DNA of 64,000 nucleotides from Callorhinchus milii (Eukaryota). Below the pieces are notes generated by a model. It worked only from the letters and a program-made list of their open reading frames with translations. It searched no databases and was not told the DNA's origin. The position numbers and the translations under genes were made by a program. The stretch covers positions 102,054,001 to 102,118,000 of the forward strand of contig NW_024704742.1 in assembly GCF_018977255.1 (NCBI RefSeq). The letters are read 5' to 3'. Positions 12,040-24,549 of this stretch are shown piece by piece. How positions within the stretch are numbered: position 1 is the first letter of the stretch; each line of letters opens with the position of its first letter.

Positions 12040-12380
12040 CAGCTCTGATCTCATCCCTCCAGAACACTGTTACAGCATCATGTTATTTCTTATATTACTA
12101 ATTGGTAACCTGTCAGCTGTTGTGTGCCTCTATGTAAAGAAATATTTCCTGGTGCTTGCCTCAAATGTGGCCTCTTATCCTGCTTCTTTGGCACATCTCA
12201 AAGTATTGCTTTTGGGTTACATGCTCAATCCCATTTAGCATTATATATACCTCTTATAAATTCCCATTTGAAATGTCTCTATTCAAGGCTGAGGAGTCCT
12301 ATTTTATCTACTCGGTCTTCAGAGCTTATCCCATTTACACTGGGGATCAGACTTGTTCCTCTCCTCTACCCTGCATGGAC
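12040..12380 (-). mobile_element. CR1 ORF2 3' fragment
   Basis: gtctctattcaaggctgaggagtcc...ggggatcagacttgttcctctcctctaccc; reverse complement resembles CR1 QRRATRLIP..LGLFSLE. Confidence 0.65.
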
Positions 12381-12499
12381 ATCAAATGTTGTGGGCAGGA
12401 AGTAAAATGGAATGTAGCTTGATGGGCATTAGCATTGAGAGCTATGTCAGGGTGAGGACTGGGAGGGGAGTGCTGCCTTGCATATCTGAGTTTGTTTCC

Positions 12500-12700
12500 A
12501 ATTAACACTTGCACAATTTGTCAAAACCAGATGAAAGCACCAGCCAATTAGTTGACAACACTTACGAAGTGAATCATCAATTGTATCTGGAGGGTTGTTG
12601 GCCAGGACACAACTAGAAACTCCCTTCCCTTTTCAAATAGTTCAACAGAATCTTTAACGTCCACTGGAACAGGCAGTCATCTTCACATGAGAGACGTGGT
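12500..12700 (-). mobile_element. SINE-A internal fragment
   Basis: gttggccaggacac...aaactcccttcccttttcaaatag...atctttaacgtccactggaacaggcag. Confidence 0.7.
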
Positions 12701-12714
12701 AAGTTAATTAATAA

Positions 12715-13355
12715 GCTTCCTGATGTTGTACTCACAATATATTTGGCAGACAATTTTGCTGTGCAAAGACTAAACCCATTTTCTCCAGAATGCTGCTCCA
12801 CTGAGCCCAGAAACAGAATAATGTCCTTGTCAGTGAATGTTGGCAAGCAGCTGGCTTCACTGATAACTCAGGTGCTGTGATAGAATGGATGCTGGCTAGT
12901 CCAGATATGGCAAGACTGTGAGTCTTTGAAGCTGCTCGTGGAGCAATGAAAGAAACTAATACAGCTTGCAATGAGCGGGTAGATTGTGTGCCAAGCAAGT
13001 CTCTTCCTTTTTGTCTGTCATTAAGGAATGTGTCAAGTCACTTAGTGAAGAAAGGAAGACACGGGTGAACCTCTTGTTCATACTATTCAAGGTATCAGAC
13101 CAATTGCTCAGGAGTAGTCTGATTGATTTGTGGAATACCGATGTGGAAACGCATTGAAAACTCATGCTAAAAGACCCTCCAGGAACTAGCTTCATGCCTT
13201 CCTTTGCACCCTGACCAAAAATAACCTGAAAGCTTCAGCATGAATTACTGAGAGAGTGGCTGCACTCTGCTTACGAGGCTTCGTATTGGATTCCAATCAT
13301 TGATGTGGATGAATTCTTCAAGCATGAGAGTCAAAGTTGCCACAGCCTGGCAAGG
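12715..13355 (+). mobile_element. Decayed Academ-type DNA transposon ORF fragment
   Basis: Across stops and frameshifts: NFAVQ..FSRMLLH*AQKQNNVLVSECWQAAGFTDNSGAVIEWMLASPDMARL; LVHTIQGIRPIAQE*SD*FVEYR; CTLLTRLRIGFQS..DVDEFFKHESQ. These are colinear with recalled Academ motifs (FSAIALDQAHEQNN..GGAVGLTENP.ALRRWMVAGPE.ARL; LFSRLYI.CQ.R..DLDEFF.HENQ). Confidence 0.7.
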
Positions 13356-13699
13356 TAAAGATATTGAGTCATTGTAACTGTTATGTGCTTCTTGCACACG
13401 TGGAAACTTAATTATACAGCACTCAAATAATTGATGTTAAATTGAAGATGAATTCTCCAGGTAGTCTGAAAACAAGCACCAGATTTAAACCTGTCGAAGG
13501 CAATTCGCCAACTCATGGCTGCCACATTAAAGTTGCTTTGTGTCGAAGAGAATAAACCTAACTGATTCAAATGTCTGTCCAAGGAATTAATACATTGTGG
13601 CGCAGGAGACACTGGGATCAGAATGGCTTACGTTTTAGATGGGAGAAGATAGGAACCATCTCTTTCTCTCTCTCTCAGCTTGTTCCCACAGAAACAGGC

Positions 13700-13815
13700 A
13701 GCTGCACACTCTCACTGTTGATGCTGCAAAAAGAATGCGTACAACTGATTTATACAATGAGACGTCTAGAAGACTTGAAAAGCGCTATATCAAATGGAAG
13801 GGTTATTATTATTAA
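13700..13815 (+). mobile_element. SINE 3' tail fragment
   Basis: gagacgtctagaagacttgaaaagcgctatatcaaatggaagggttattattatt. Confidence 0.75.
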
Positions 13816-14033
13816 TAGACACAGATATTGGTGTCCAATGCATGGTGATTCATAAAAGGATTTCTAACTATAGGATTTTGAACTTTCCCAGATGTACAAC
13901 TCGTCGAAACTCCAGACACTCCATTCAGATACTGATAATATTTCCAACTAGTGTGAAGTCAGATTGTGACCAAAAGAAGTTCCAGTGCCTGCAGGTGGCT
14001 GACATCTGAGATGAGATCCAGAGTTTGCTACAG

Positions 14034-14668
14034 ACAACAACAACAAGAAAATTACATTTGTAAAGCGCCTTTCACGTTGAGAGGACGTCCCAAGGCGTTG
14101 GACAGACAGTTACAGACCCGAGCTGGGGGTCAGGGTGGGGGAGGGCATGGGGGGAAACAGGGAGATCGAAAGTACAGTTGAAGAAGAGGGTCTTGAGGTG
14201 GATCTTGAAGGTGATGAGGGAGGGGGTGAGATGGAGGGACTGCGGGATGGAGTTCCAGAGGTTGGGTGCAGAGTGGTGGAAGGCCTGCCCGCCGATAGTG
14301 GGGCGAGCGAGGCAGGGGGCGTGAAACAGGCCACAGCCCGCTGAGCGGAGGGAGCGAACAGGGTGGTAGGGGGTTAAGAGGTCAGAGAGGTAGGGGGAAG
14401 CAAGACCCTGGAGAGCTTTGAAGGTGAGGACCAGGATCTTGAACTGTATCCTCTGTGTGATGGGAAGCCAGTGGAGTTGGGCAAGGATGGGGGTAATAAG
14501 GTCGTGGAGCCTAGTGTGGGAGAGGACAAGGGTTGCAGAGTTCTGGATGATCTGCAGCCTGTGGAGGGAGGAGGTGGGGAGGCCAACAAGCAAGGGGTTT
14601 GCATAGTCGAGCCTCAATGTAATGAAGGAGTGTATGAGGGTTTCGGTGGCCTGCGGTGTGAGACTTAC
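14034..14668 (-). mobile_element. LINE2 (tail family 1), 5'-truncated, open ORF2 C-terminus
   Basis: ORF 14072-14680: ETLIHSFITLRLDYANPLL..LQIIQNSA..LHWLPITQRIQFKIL; (aac)n tail. Confidence 0.95.
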
Positions 14669-15664
14669 AGGTACTGTCAAGATTCTATTTACAAATCACT
14701 GTGGAATAGAACCCACCCCACACCACCACCCCTACCCCACTGTTGTGTTTTATGAACTGGATATTGATGAAATTTAGTTGTTCTTTAGAAATTTAGATGG
14801 GGGAGTGGGGGGCAGCTAACTGTTTGGACCTTTTGTTATATGGACATTAACAAAATTGCAGAGATATTTGTCCCACTGACAGTTCATAGCAAACATCCTA
14901 CTGCCTGTCTAGCTGGAACCAAATACCACATTAGGGCATTAGCTTGCAGGGTTAACAGCAACTAGCTGGGAGGAATACTAGACCCAGTCACAGGCTGTCC
15001 CCCTCTCCACCTCCCATGTCTGCCAATGAACCTGGGTCGTTGGTCTATCATTAACAGTGTCTTGGAGAACTGAGCACCTGCCTGACATAGGGATAAGAGA
15101 CCAATACAGAGGACCAATACGCAGTTTCTTGTTTTGCAGATGGGGCAAGAAAAATCCTTGGAGAAATAAGGAATGCTTTCCCAGCATTCTTAACTTTCCC
15201 TCGACACCACAGGAAGTCTCATAGGATTCGTGGTACTGATAGATGAGAGGGACAGTGCTGTGACTAAGGTTATTCTAGCCAGAAGCCAACTCCTTACACA
15301 AAACCTTGGGGACCGTTCTTCCTTCAGGTCAGCACTTCTGGAGCTCAAAAAAAGAATCACTTACCAGAGCCATTGTTGGGGTCACATCCTTACTTCTGTC
15401 CCAGGCTTCCCTATGACAGGCAATTGGGGATTTAAACTCAAAATAGAAGGATGAGAAGCACTTTTGTCTGCTTTGCATGTTACCAAGTCATTGGCAGAAG
15501 CTTCAGAGCATTTTATTCCCATCAATTATACTAAAAACATATGGAATAAAGTGCTGTGTAAAAAAAACTTAAAGGTAGATGGAAGGAATAAGGAACTAAT
15601 GTTCCCTCTTGCTCAATGCCTCATACAGAACCTTCTTCTTCTAACCCTCAGTGGAGCAGACAAA

Positions 15665-15775
15665 CGAAAAGGGTTGCAGGATTCCAGTTGGAGTTGAGGT
15701 ACAGATCAGCCATGATCTAATAGAATGACGGAACAGGCTAGCGGGCTAAATGACCTACTCCTTTTCCTATGCTCC
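15665..15775 (+). mobile_element. CR1 3' terminus (shark HER1-like tail)
   Basis: gaggtacagatcagccatgatctaatagaatgacggaacaggc...gacctactcct. Confidence 0.7.
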
Positions 15776-15879
15776 AGCTGTCTGACCTTCTATTTTTGAT
15801 ATCAGTAATCACTACTGCAACAACACATCATCAGTAGAGTAAACTTCTCCTGCTTGAAATCCCCAAAACTAAAAGGATT

Positions 15880-16175
15880 GTGAGGTTCAACTTCAACAGA
15901 CAAGAGAATAGAGGTTTAGAGTTACAAATTTCATGACAGATAGCAGGAAGGTTTGCTTTACTCAGAGGGTAAGCAATTACTTGAACAGGTTTCCAGGAAA
16001 GGTGATTGAGGCCAGCACATTGGATTCATTTAAAAAGCAGCTTGATGCTGTGATGTGGGGGGAGTGGGGGTCAAGGTGGATAAATAGTAGGTGGTGGGCA
16101 GGGTGCTCTGGAGAGATGAGGTTGGATGGGCTAAAGGATCGTTTGCATCCAGGGCAATCTTGTGATCCCGTGATC
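15880..16175 (+). mobile_element. CR1 ORF2 C-terminus and 3' UTR
   Basis: ORF 15933: RKVCFTQRVSNYLNRFPGKVIEASTLDSFKKQLD, the CR1 FTQRVVN.WN.LP..VVEA..FK..LD motif. Confidence 0.85.
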
Positions 16176-17264
16176 AGTATTCATATTAAAAATTATAATC
16201 AAGATCATCTTTGTTAAAGCAGGGATGGCTCTACAAGCCTGGCATTTTCTTTCCGTAATGGACCAATTTAGTTCCCTGAGAATTTGCAACGTTATGCATA
16301 ACATCTGTGAATTTTATCAACCAAATAGATTTTTAAATGAAAAGCTCAAGAGGTCATTCAAACTCATTCCCCTTTTGTACCAACAACAGAATCTAATCCA
16401 AATTAGATGTTAAACATGATTTAACTGATGCCAGTTTTGTTAGTCTGTGACAAAGTAATAATGGTTGCACTAAATGACAGACTCTTCCCAGAATACACAT
16501 CTGGGGTGAATGAAGCAATGGAATACTGAGAAAGATATTAGACTGCATAACCTGTGAGCAGATAGATAGACCTGGTATGTTTTTGGTCAGCTGGATGTCT
16601 GACACAAGGGGAAATCCATCACCATACTTAAGAGTATTCAAACCATCTGAGACTTCCACATATACATGCTACCCATACATGGTAATTTGCACGTGTGCAA
16701 TCACTTCCCAATGCAACCTTCTTACCTATTCCGCAAAGTATTAGGCACAAGTTGGCAGGAGCCAAGGCTTCAGGCCCAATGTGTGTTGGGGTACTGCTGG
16801 AATTGAACCAGTAAAAGTTTGTCATTGAGGACAATGTTTGGCAAACTTCTTTCTGCTTCTCTATCTAAGACCATCCCTTAGGCCGTTAGGAATTTGGCTT
16901 GCTCGGTTAACAGGAGCTGAGCAGAAAGAAGCCCTGCTCCCAGTGGTCTGCCCCACTAAGTTCTGCTGATGAGCCAGGTTGGCTTTTTTGTCTTCAACAG
17001 TGCCTTGTCTTGGAACAGAAACCAACTACCAAAATGCAATGTGGTTTGACAGGATTCTGATATACCGTTGTCAGTCATGTCACTCATGTCATGTCAATCT
17101 TCCCAAAGGAGACCTCGCTTGGATTGTACCTTTGTTCACTCTGTTAAAATTCCTGTGCTATAATTTTTTGATGAGAACCAGAGATTACTGTGGATGGATG
17201 CTGTAAACATTCTTTGATTCAGTTTTGATGAAACTGTAAGCCTAGTGCTTTGCACCAATAAAAA

Positions 17265-17780
17265 GGAGGCAAGTAAAGTACGTGATTGTATTACCAGAGG
17301 GATAAAGTTTAACTCAAATGATTGATACTACTGAAGGTTTTGATCAGACCCTAGCAAGAATATTACTTGCAGTTGTGATGACTTCGTCTTTGGTAGAGAA
17401 CTGTTGTCCTTGAGAGAGTATAGTGGTGAGCAACTGCGATAATGCCAGCTCTTAGGATTCTAAGTTACCAGAAAAGCTTGCCAAAGTTAGACTTCTGTTC
17501 AGAAGACAAGGTGACCTGATAGAAGCACAGAAATTTATGAAGGGGATCAACAAGGTTGACTCAAGCAAATTGTTTAATATGTTGAAGGTTTCAAACACGA
17601 GGGAGTACAAGTTAAAATGAGGAAATTAAGGGTAAGAAGGAATGTCAGGCAGAATATTTTTACTCAAAGGGTAATAGTCTTATGCAATAAGTTACCAGAG
17701 GATGTCATTGAAGCAGATGGTATAAATGGGTTAAAGAGGCAACTGGACGTATTTCTTACATTGGTAATGTATGATAGGGA
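17265..17780 (+). mobile_element. CR1 ORF2 C-terminal fossil
   Basis: ORF 17617: RQNIFTQRVIVLCNKLPEDVIEADGINGLKRQLD; upstream GDLIE-type motif. Confidence 0.85.
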
Positions 17781-18589
17781 ACACTTCAAAGACATTCCCT
17801 CTTTCTTTCATCTTGGATTTTAAATTGTATTTTTTAATCATTCCCAATTGAAATGGCTTATTGGTGCACTTAACTGGTCATCCATTTACCTGTGTAGCAG
17901 AGTAATCTGAGAACATAGGCTCACAGCCATTATTAGTCACACTCTAAATTCTTAATCTCATTCATGCTTTATACGGTGACACAGGATCTTGTACACAAAT
18001 CCTGTAAAGCGCTTTGAGACATTTCTATGACTCTATAAGAAGTTGTATCAAAAGCAAAGATATTAAACTGTCTGAGGAAAAGGCTCTTGCTCCCCGAGAG
18101 AAAACTGGATGATAATTTGCAAGAGTTTGCAATTTCCTTACTCCTCATGGTTGGTTCCAAAGAGAAATTGTAATAAACAACTAGTTCTGGAGAGGAAAAC
18201 ACTTTCAAATACCTTTTTACTTGTGGTTTTGCAGTGCACCATGTCACAAAGATAGCTTGGTGCTGATACAATAAAACTGTAAAATTACATACTGGGTATT
18301 GCAAAATCGTTTGGTTTCCAGTAAACCCATGCTAGATGGCTAAATAAGTACTTTTATTGTTTTATTCCATGTGTCTATTGGAAATCTATCATGTTGGAAG
18401 CAGGAGCAAATAGTTTTACTTGATCACTTTTAGCAGACATTGAAAACCTTTCCACGGGAGTTCAAATGAAATGAGTAGTCTATTATATCATGCATAGCAC
18501 ATAGAATGTCAAGGTATAGTTTTGATGGAGCGATACATATATTTGCTCTTAATTTATGAATAGCTTTTGCAGTGAATTTAAGTGTTATA

Positions 18590-18880
18590 CAAGTGTCCAT
18601 TCTTCTTGTGTGAGTCTGGACAGTGAGCAGTAACAGGCTGTTTGTCTATGGGAGGCTTGAGAGCTGGATTTCATCCTACCCCATCTGAGGTCTGAAACAG
18701 TGGGGCCACTGAATAGAGATTGGAAGAGAGCCCTGGCCGATTTTCCCTTCCTGATCCCAATCGCACTGAGGCCAGGTATAGCACCTTGCCAGGTTCCCTG
18801 CTGATTAAAGATTAAATTTAGAAGTTTCTGGTTTGTATGGGTCAACACCACGCTGTGGGATACACAACCTCACTGAACCA
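18590..18880 (-). mobile_element. LF-SINE-like element, near full length
   Basis: ccattcttcttgtgtgagtctggacagtgag...ccctggccgattttccc...ttctggtttgtatggg; aligns with 60100-60420 and the reverse complement of 63230-63425. Confidence 0.6.
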
Positions 18881-18994
18881 CTTGGAGAGCTCTCTGGAAT
18901 TCAAGTTATATTTCTTATTGTCAGAATCTTACAACTAGTTGTCATTCATAATGCTCAGCTCCACTTTCCTTAAAGGATCCACTTTAAAGATAAT

Positions 18995-19124
18995 CACCAG
19001 AGAGATTGAATACTCAATCACAGAACATTACTCACCACAGAGATTAAATACTAATATGCTGCCCATACCACAGAGATTGAGTACTAATATGTTACCCTCA
19101 CCACAGAGATTGAATACTAATATG
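18995..19124. repeat. 33-bp minisatellite, about 3 copies plus one degenerate copy
   Basis: ccacagagatt(a/g)(a)(a/g)tactaatatg repeated with 33-nt period at 19035, 19068 and 19101; partial copy at 18995. Confidence 0.85.
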
Positions 19125-19194
19125 AAACTGGACCCAGTGGAATGATTAACAACCCATGGAAAATGCTGTTGAGGAAGGCAAATAGCAATTATAA

Positions 19195-19640
19195 TAATTA
19201 TTATTATTACATTTCTTACACCAGGAGGATATCGATTCATAAATCGATTCACAGAACATACTGTAAATTGGAGTGACTATGTATTTTGTGGGTGAACACG
19301 GTAGCCAATTTGCACATAGCAATATCACACAAACAGCCATGAAATGAATTTTATTTGGGAGATTGTTGGCTGGGACACCAGGAGAAAGTCTCCCTTCTCT
19401 TTTTGAATAGTGCCATGGGATCTTTAATGTCCACCTGGACAGGCAGATGGGACATCGGTTTAATGTCTCATCTAAAGGACAGCACTCTAAAGGACAGCAC
19501 CTCCAATAAAGCAGTACAGATCCAGCATTGCATTGGAGTGTCAGCTTACACAATATTAGTTCAAAGTCCTAACATGTGGCTTGATCCCACAACCTTCTGG
19601 CTCAGAGGTGAGAGCGCTAGCAACTGAGTCAGGCTGACAC
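19195..19640 (-). mobile_element. SINE-A, near full length, with a small internal duplication (ctaaaggacagcac x2)
   Basis: Deu core gaatagtgccatgggatctttaatgtccacctggacagg; head ends gagtcaggctgaca. Confidence 0.9.
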
Positions 19641-21711
19641 TTTCTGCAGGAGGTATGGCAATTTCCAAGGGCATCATTGGAAATAATTTGTTGAAACAGA
19701 AATATTTGAAAAAAGATAATTGTGTTTAAAAATGATTCATCGCCCTTTATGATTGAGAATGCAGAGAATTTAGATTTTATGGCTTCCTTTGGGGTAAGTA
19801 CTACGAGGAATGATGGGGAAAATGACAAATCAATTTACAAAAGAACTGGAGAATTATCTGTCAAAGGTTCATGGCTTCAGAATTAAAATACACAAGTTTT
19901 TTTTTATTTAGAACAATATAATTGATGCACAAGTACGATTTAGAGTGGATGTTATCTCTGCCTTGGCAGCTCAGTGTTAGTTTATTGGATCTCGGGGTTG
20001 AGTTAGGGTCGGGGATTTCAGACATGATTTAATGGGTGTAAAACTATTATGAGTTCCATACTCAAAGTGTTAAATTAGCGATGGTTTCTCGCTTCTGATA
20101 GCACTGGCAGGTTGTATGGTGTGCGGCAGATTTCGTCAGTTTGTGAAATTTAATCCAACTTCAGCAGGCTGCCTGATAGCCACAGGCCTTCAGCTGGCGA
20201 ACACCCTCATAGTGCTTCCTTTGAGGCATTGGGTATCAGCACCTGCTGATGGATGGGAGCCCTGCTTCGGCCAGTAAAAGCCAGTGACAGATTTAGAATC
20301 CTGCATGGATCTGGAATAGATTTCAGTGTGCACGAAATGAGCATGTAGTGTGTGAGGAGAATGCCAAAGAGCATGGAGAGACAGACAGTGCTATAAACAG
20401 CACCTGTGCAGCCAAATGGCAGAGGCATTTGAAAATCAGCCCTGTACAGAGCCAAAGTGTTATTTGGAATAATTCACACCTCAAGGTCACCACTTACTTT
20501 CTACAAGGTGACTTGCTCTAGCCATATAATGGCAAGTGACTGTTTATCATTTTAACAGCGTCATATAACAAAGCAAGTCAATAATAGTAAATTTGGTGGT
20601 GTGTTTTTCTGTAACAGGAAAACAATCCTTCTAAATCAAAAGCCTCTTTAATACCAGAGCAGCTATGCTTAATTGTTATATTTGTTCAGAGTCCGCTGCA
20701 TTCCTTTACATGCTTAAAATATTATATATTACTTACATTGTTTTACATGAATATTTCATTGATTTTTGGTAGATTTGTCATTGTTTAAGATTAAAAAAGG
20801 GAATAGACTCTTCCTTTATCCATTTCTCTTCCACTTTGATGCACTACATAAATACATGATGTGTGAATGGCACACTAAAGGTACTGTGAGGGCTTTAACA
20901 CTTGGACCATGGACAGAAGCGGAGGCGATACCATCAATGAGATCAACTTTCAAGATCTTAAACTTCAAAGGCTTGTGCCTCTGAGCGCTGAAATACAGAT
21001 GATCAGCTCCATCCCATTTCTAACCAAAGCCATGCAGCTAGTGGTCACATGGTTCTCATCTATCAGTGAAGCTGGCTGCTTCACTTGAAGGAATGAGGGA
21101 AACTTTGACATGCAGAGTGCACCTGTCAATCAAATTAACTCAGTGCTCTTTTTTAATCTTACGCACATGTCCAGACGAACTGGAGTTTAACAGCCGGCTC
21201 CTAATATGGAATGGAATTAGAAGGCAATTTAAAGTTTCCACCTCCAAAGAGGCTTCCAGTCATGGCAACAGTTGTGACACATTTATGTTCTGTGTTGAGC
21301 CTAAACTGCTTTTAGATGGGGATTTCAATGCTTGTCTGGTGTGGCAGCAGTGGATGTGGCAAGGATTTAGGATAAATATTTTTGAAAAATTACGTATTAT
21401 AGATGATTGGGTAGTTATGTTATCAACGACAACCTGCATTTATAGAGTGCCCTTCACGTGGGTAGTGTCTCGGAGCATTTTATGTCATAAAACCTTGTGG
21501 TTAAATCCACAAAGGCTTCATGTCTTCCACCCAAGGCAATGTTTTTTTTGTTGATAAATCTTGTAAATGTTTTGCAAATGGTGATTGATATTTCTGATAA
21601 TTGTAGAAGATCCTGCCTGTATAAACAAGGAGAAACGCATTGTTTTTGATTTCTATTTGATATTTTTTGCCCCAAAACTTATTTTTATGTATGTTGTGGG
21701 ATCTTCTTTAA

Positions 21712-22050
21712 CAATAATAATCCTTGTATTTTTATAGTGCCTATAACATCAAAATGTTTTAAAGCACTTTACAGTTATTATTGTTAAAGTGTACGGACTG
21801 AGTAGTGTATGAAAATCTGATAGTTAATTTTCACACAACAAAGTTCCACATTACAGCCAGGAGATCAATAATCATTTTTTCTGGAGGAATGGTGGCCAGA
21901 CCACTGGGACAAATTCTCTTGTTTTTTTGAATAGTGTCCTTGGTTCTTTAACATCTATCTGAAAAGGCAGGGGAGAACTTCTTATTCGAAGGTAGGCACC
22001 TATAACAATACACCGCAATTCTCCCCCACCACTGAACTGGGATGCCAGCA
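21712..22050 (-). mobile_element. SINE-A, old diverged copy
   Basis: Tail aataataatccttgtatt; gaatagtgtccttggttctttaacatct. Confidence 0.75.
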
Positions 22051-23040
22051 TAGAATCATAGAAATTTTCAGCCATTTGGCCCATCAAGCCAGCACCGGCT
22101 GTCAGTGCAATGAGCAATGAAGGATAGAGGCTTGAGGAGTATTGGGATAAAACAGGGTGAAAAATAAAAGGGATTTTACAGAATTAATGAAATAGTGTTA
22201 ACTTTATATAATACCTTAGTTAGATTACATCTGGAGTGCTTTGTGGAGTTTTCTTCACCATATTACAGGTAGGACAATGTAGCATTGGAGAGGGTGCACT
22301 GAATATTACTAGGATGTTACCAGGGATGAGTGGATACAGCTAATAAAAAGAATGGGCAAGTTGGAGATTTTCTCTCTGAAGAAGAGATGATTGAAAAGGG
22401 ACCTGATAGAGGGGTTTGAAAATATTCAATAAGGTGGACATTAATAGACTGCTTTCACTTGTTAATGTATCCAAAAAAGGGAATAAATATAAGATAGCCA
22501 GTAGGAGATCTAAAAGGGAGTTTAAGGAGGAACTTCTTCACTCAAATTGAAGCAGAAAGCATTAACTTATTTACAATACAATGTAATTTACATTTATATA
22601 GTGCCTTTCATGCTGGGAGGACGTCTCAAAGTGCTGCACAGTGCTGGAGGGACACCCAAGCTGGGAGTAAGAGCCGAAGTGAGAAGGCAGGGGAAGGTGA
22701 CTGAAAATGCAGTCAAAGAGATCCGTTTTGAGATGGATCTTGAAAGAGGGAGGGAGCGAGTCTGAGGGATTCCAGGATGGAATTATACAGAATGGGGCAG
22801 AATGGCAGACAGCTCACCCGCTGATGGTGGGGAGGACATAGCGGAGACGTGAAGTAGGCCGGTGCTCGTTGAGCCAAGGAAAGAACTGGATTGGTTGGGC
22901 TAAAGGAGATCATGGAGGTATGGCGAGGCGAGACTGTGGATAAAGCTTGATGCATATGTGATAGAGAATTGAATAGACAAGTAAGGGAAAGTATATTAGG
23001 AGGGTGAGAGGCTCATGGAGTATAAACACCAGTACAGAAT
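22050..23040 (+). mobile_element. CR1 ORF2 3' fossil (about 22150-22545 and 22950-23040) interrupted by an L2; short minus-strand CR1 tail at 22050-22110
   Basis: LYNTLVRLHLEC..; ALERVH..TRMLPGM; GDLIE; RNFFTQ. Confidence 0.8.
22575..22955 (-). mobile_element. LINE2 3' fragment nested in CR1
   Basis: atttatatagtgcctttcatgctgggaggacgtc tail; minus-strand LYNSI..SLRLA. Confidence 0.85.
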
Positions 23041-23289
23041 AGTTACAATAATGAAAAATATTACATTTGATATAGTGCCTTTCAAGTTGAGAGGTGTCTC
23101 AAAATGCTTCCTTGAATTTCCTGTAATATTGTGACTGTTATTTGTAGGTGAATTGAGCTGAAATGTCATGTATTCATGCAATAACCTTCAATGTAATTTT
23201 GTAGCTGGCACATCACTGCAAGAAAAACTTAATCCAACAAAAATTTGATTTTGTGCAGGGAAATGCCTGTGCCAGTAATGTTGCTACAG

Positions 23290-23742
23290 AAGTCAGCCTG
23301 CCTCAGGTGGAGCACTTTAGCTCTGAATCAGAAGATTGTGGGTTCAAAGCCCATATCAGGACATTGAATCCACATAGTCTGGACTCAAACTCAAATGCGA
23401 AGCTGGGTATACTGCAATGTTGGAGGTGCCATCTCTCAGATAAAACATTAAACTGAGGTCCCATTTGCCTGTTCGGGTGGATGTTAAAGATGATGTGGCA
23501 CTATTCAAAAATAGAAGAGAGTTTTTCCTGGGCCAACAATCCTGGCCAACAATCTCCTAGCTAAAATTGGTAATTCACTTCAAGCTATTTGTGGGACATT
23601 ATCTGCTGGAAATTACCTGCTGTGTTTGCTTAAAAATACAAAGTCACTAAACTTTACATTTTATGCTGTGAAGTGGTTTGAGACATCTTTACAATATGAA
23701 GGGTACCATATCAATATCAAATGCAGGGATTATTATTATTAG
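23290..23742 (+). mobile_element. SINE-A, full length
   Basis: gtcagcctgcctcaggtggagcact head; B box gggttcaaagcc; Deu core aaactgaggtcccatttgcctgttcgggtggatgttaaagat..tggcactattc; (tat)n tail. Confidence 0.9.
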
Positions 23743-23809
23743 AAGTCGAAGAACACTTTGAACCCCAGTAAACATTGGATTTCCATGTTTGACTATTTCT
23801 CTTGAACGT

Positions 23810-23917
23810 TGTTCTACAAAATACAAAATCATAAAACTTTACAGTAAATCCTGTGAAGCACTTTGATATGCGCTCTTGATGTGAAAAGTGCTATATGAAA
23901 TGTTAGGGTTATTGTTA
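23810..23917 (+). mobile_element. SINE 3' fragment
   Basis: actttacagtaaatcctgtgaagcactttga...gtgaaaagtgctatatgaaatg. Confidence 0.7.
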
Positions 23918-24039
23918 GAATTAGTATTTTCATCAATTCTGATTCATTGGACCAAGATTACTTTTCTGGCTGCTCAATTTCTGTTTCCTTGCCCTCCACT
24001 TTTTGCTCTCCTCCCTTTGCGTCACTGATTTATTTTGTG

Positions 24040-24135
24040 TATGGTTCTCTGAACACCCTGAGGTACCTCACCCACACAGTCATTCTTCATGATCAAACAG
24101 TGAGTGTTTGAAGAGATTTGCCAATAAGGGGTGCT
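24040..24135 (-). mobile_element. LF-SINE-like 3' remnant (similar remnant at about 11590-11650)
   Basis: gtacctcaccca..cattcttcatg..acagtgagtgt. Confidence 0.45.
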
Positions 24136-24549
24136 ACGAGGCTTCCTTGTCTATGTGACTGTGCCATTAAAAGAGCCATGTTTTTCCAGAGAGCATTTTT
24201 AAAATCCAAATACTGCTAAGCTTGCTCCAGTTTCTGTATTTATTTTTTTATTGGTACTGCATGGATCAAATTTAATGCCTCATTCAATTAGTAGTTATTG
24301 CTTTGTGCTTAGGAAATAAGTTTGTCAAGGAAACTTGCATGTTGCTACCAAACAAAATGAAAGAGTACTGTCACAGACCAGTGAGCTCAGCAGGTCTTTG
24401 CAAAAATTGAACTGTGTGTTCTAAGGGATTTGAGACAAGGAGGGCTTCTGTCACACTATAGCATCCAGGGAGAAATGTGTGCTACCTAAATTACTATGAG
24501 CTGTAATCATTTCTTTACCAATTGAAGTACAGTATCTTGACACAGATTG

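Noticed and set aside
18995..19124. CRISPR-like array
   Set aside because: Vertebrate context; contiguous 33-bp tandem units without unique spacers; no cas genes.
20080..20445. GC-richer block ending ttgaaaatcagccc (Harbinger-like terminus)
   Set aside because: No matching opposite TIR or coding similarity found by eye.
21066..21554. 162-aa ORF
   Set aside because: No recognisable domain, non-ATG start, and it runs through an L2 tail remnant.
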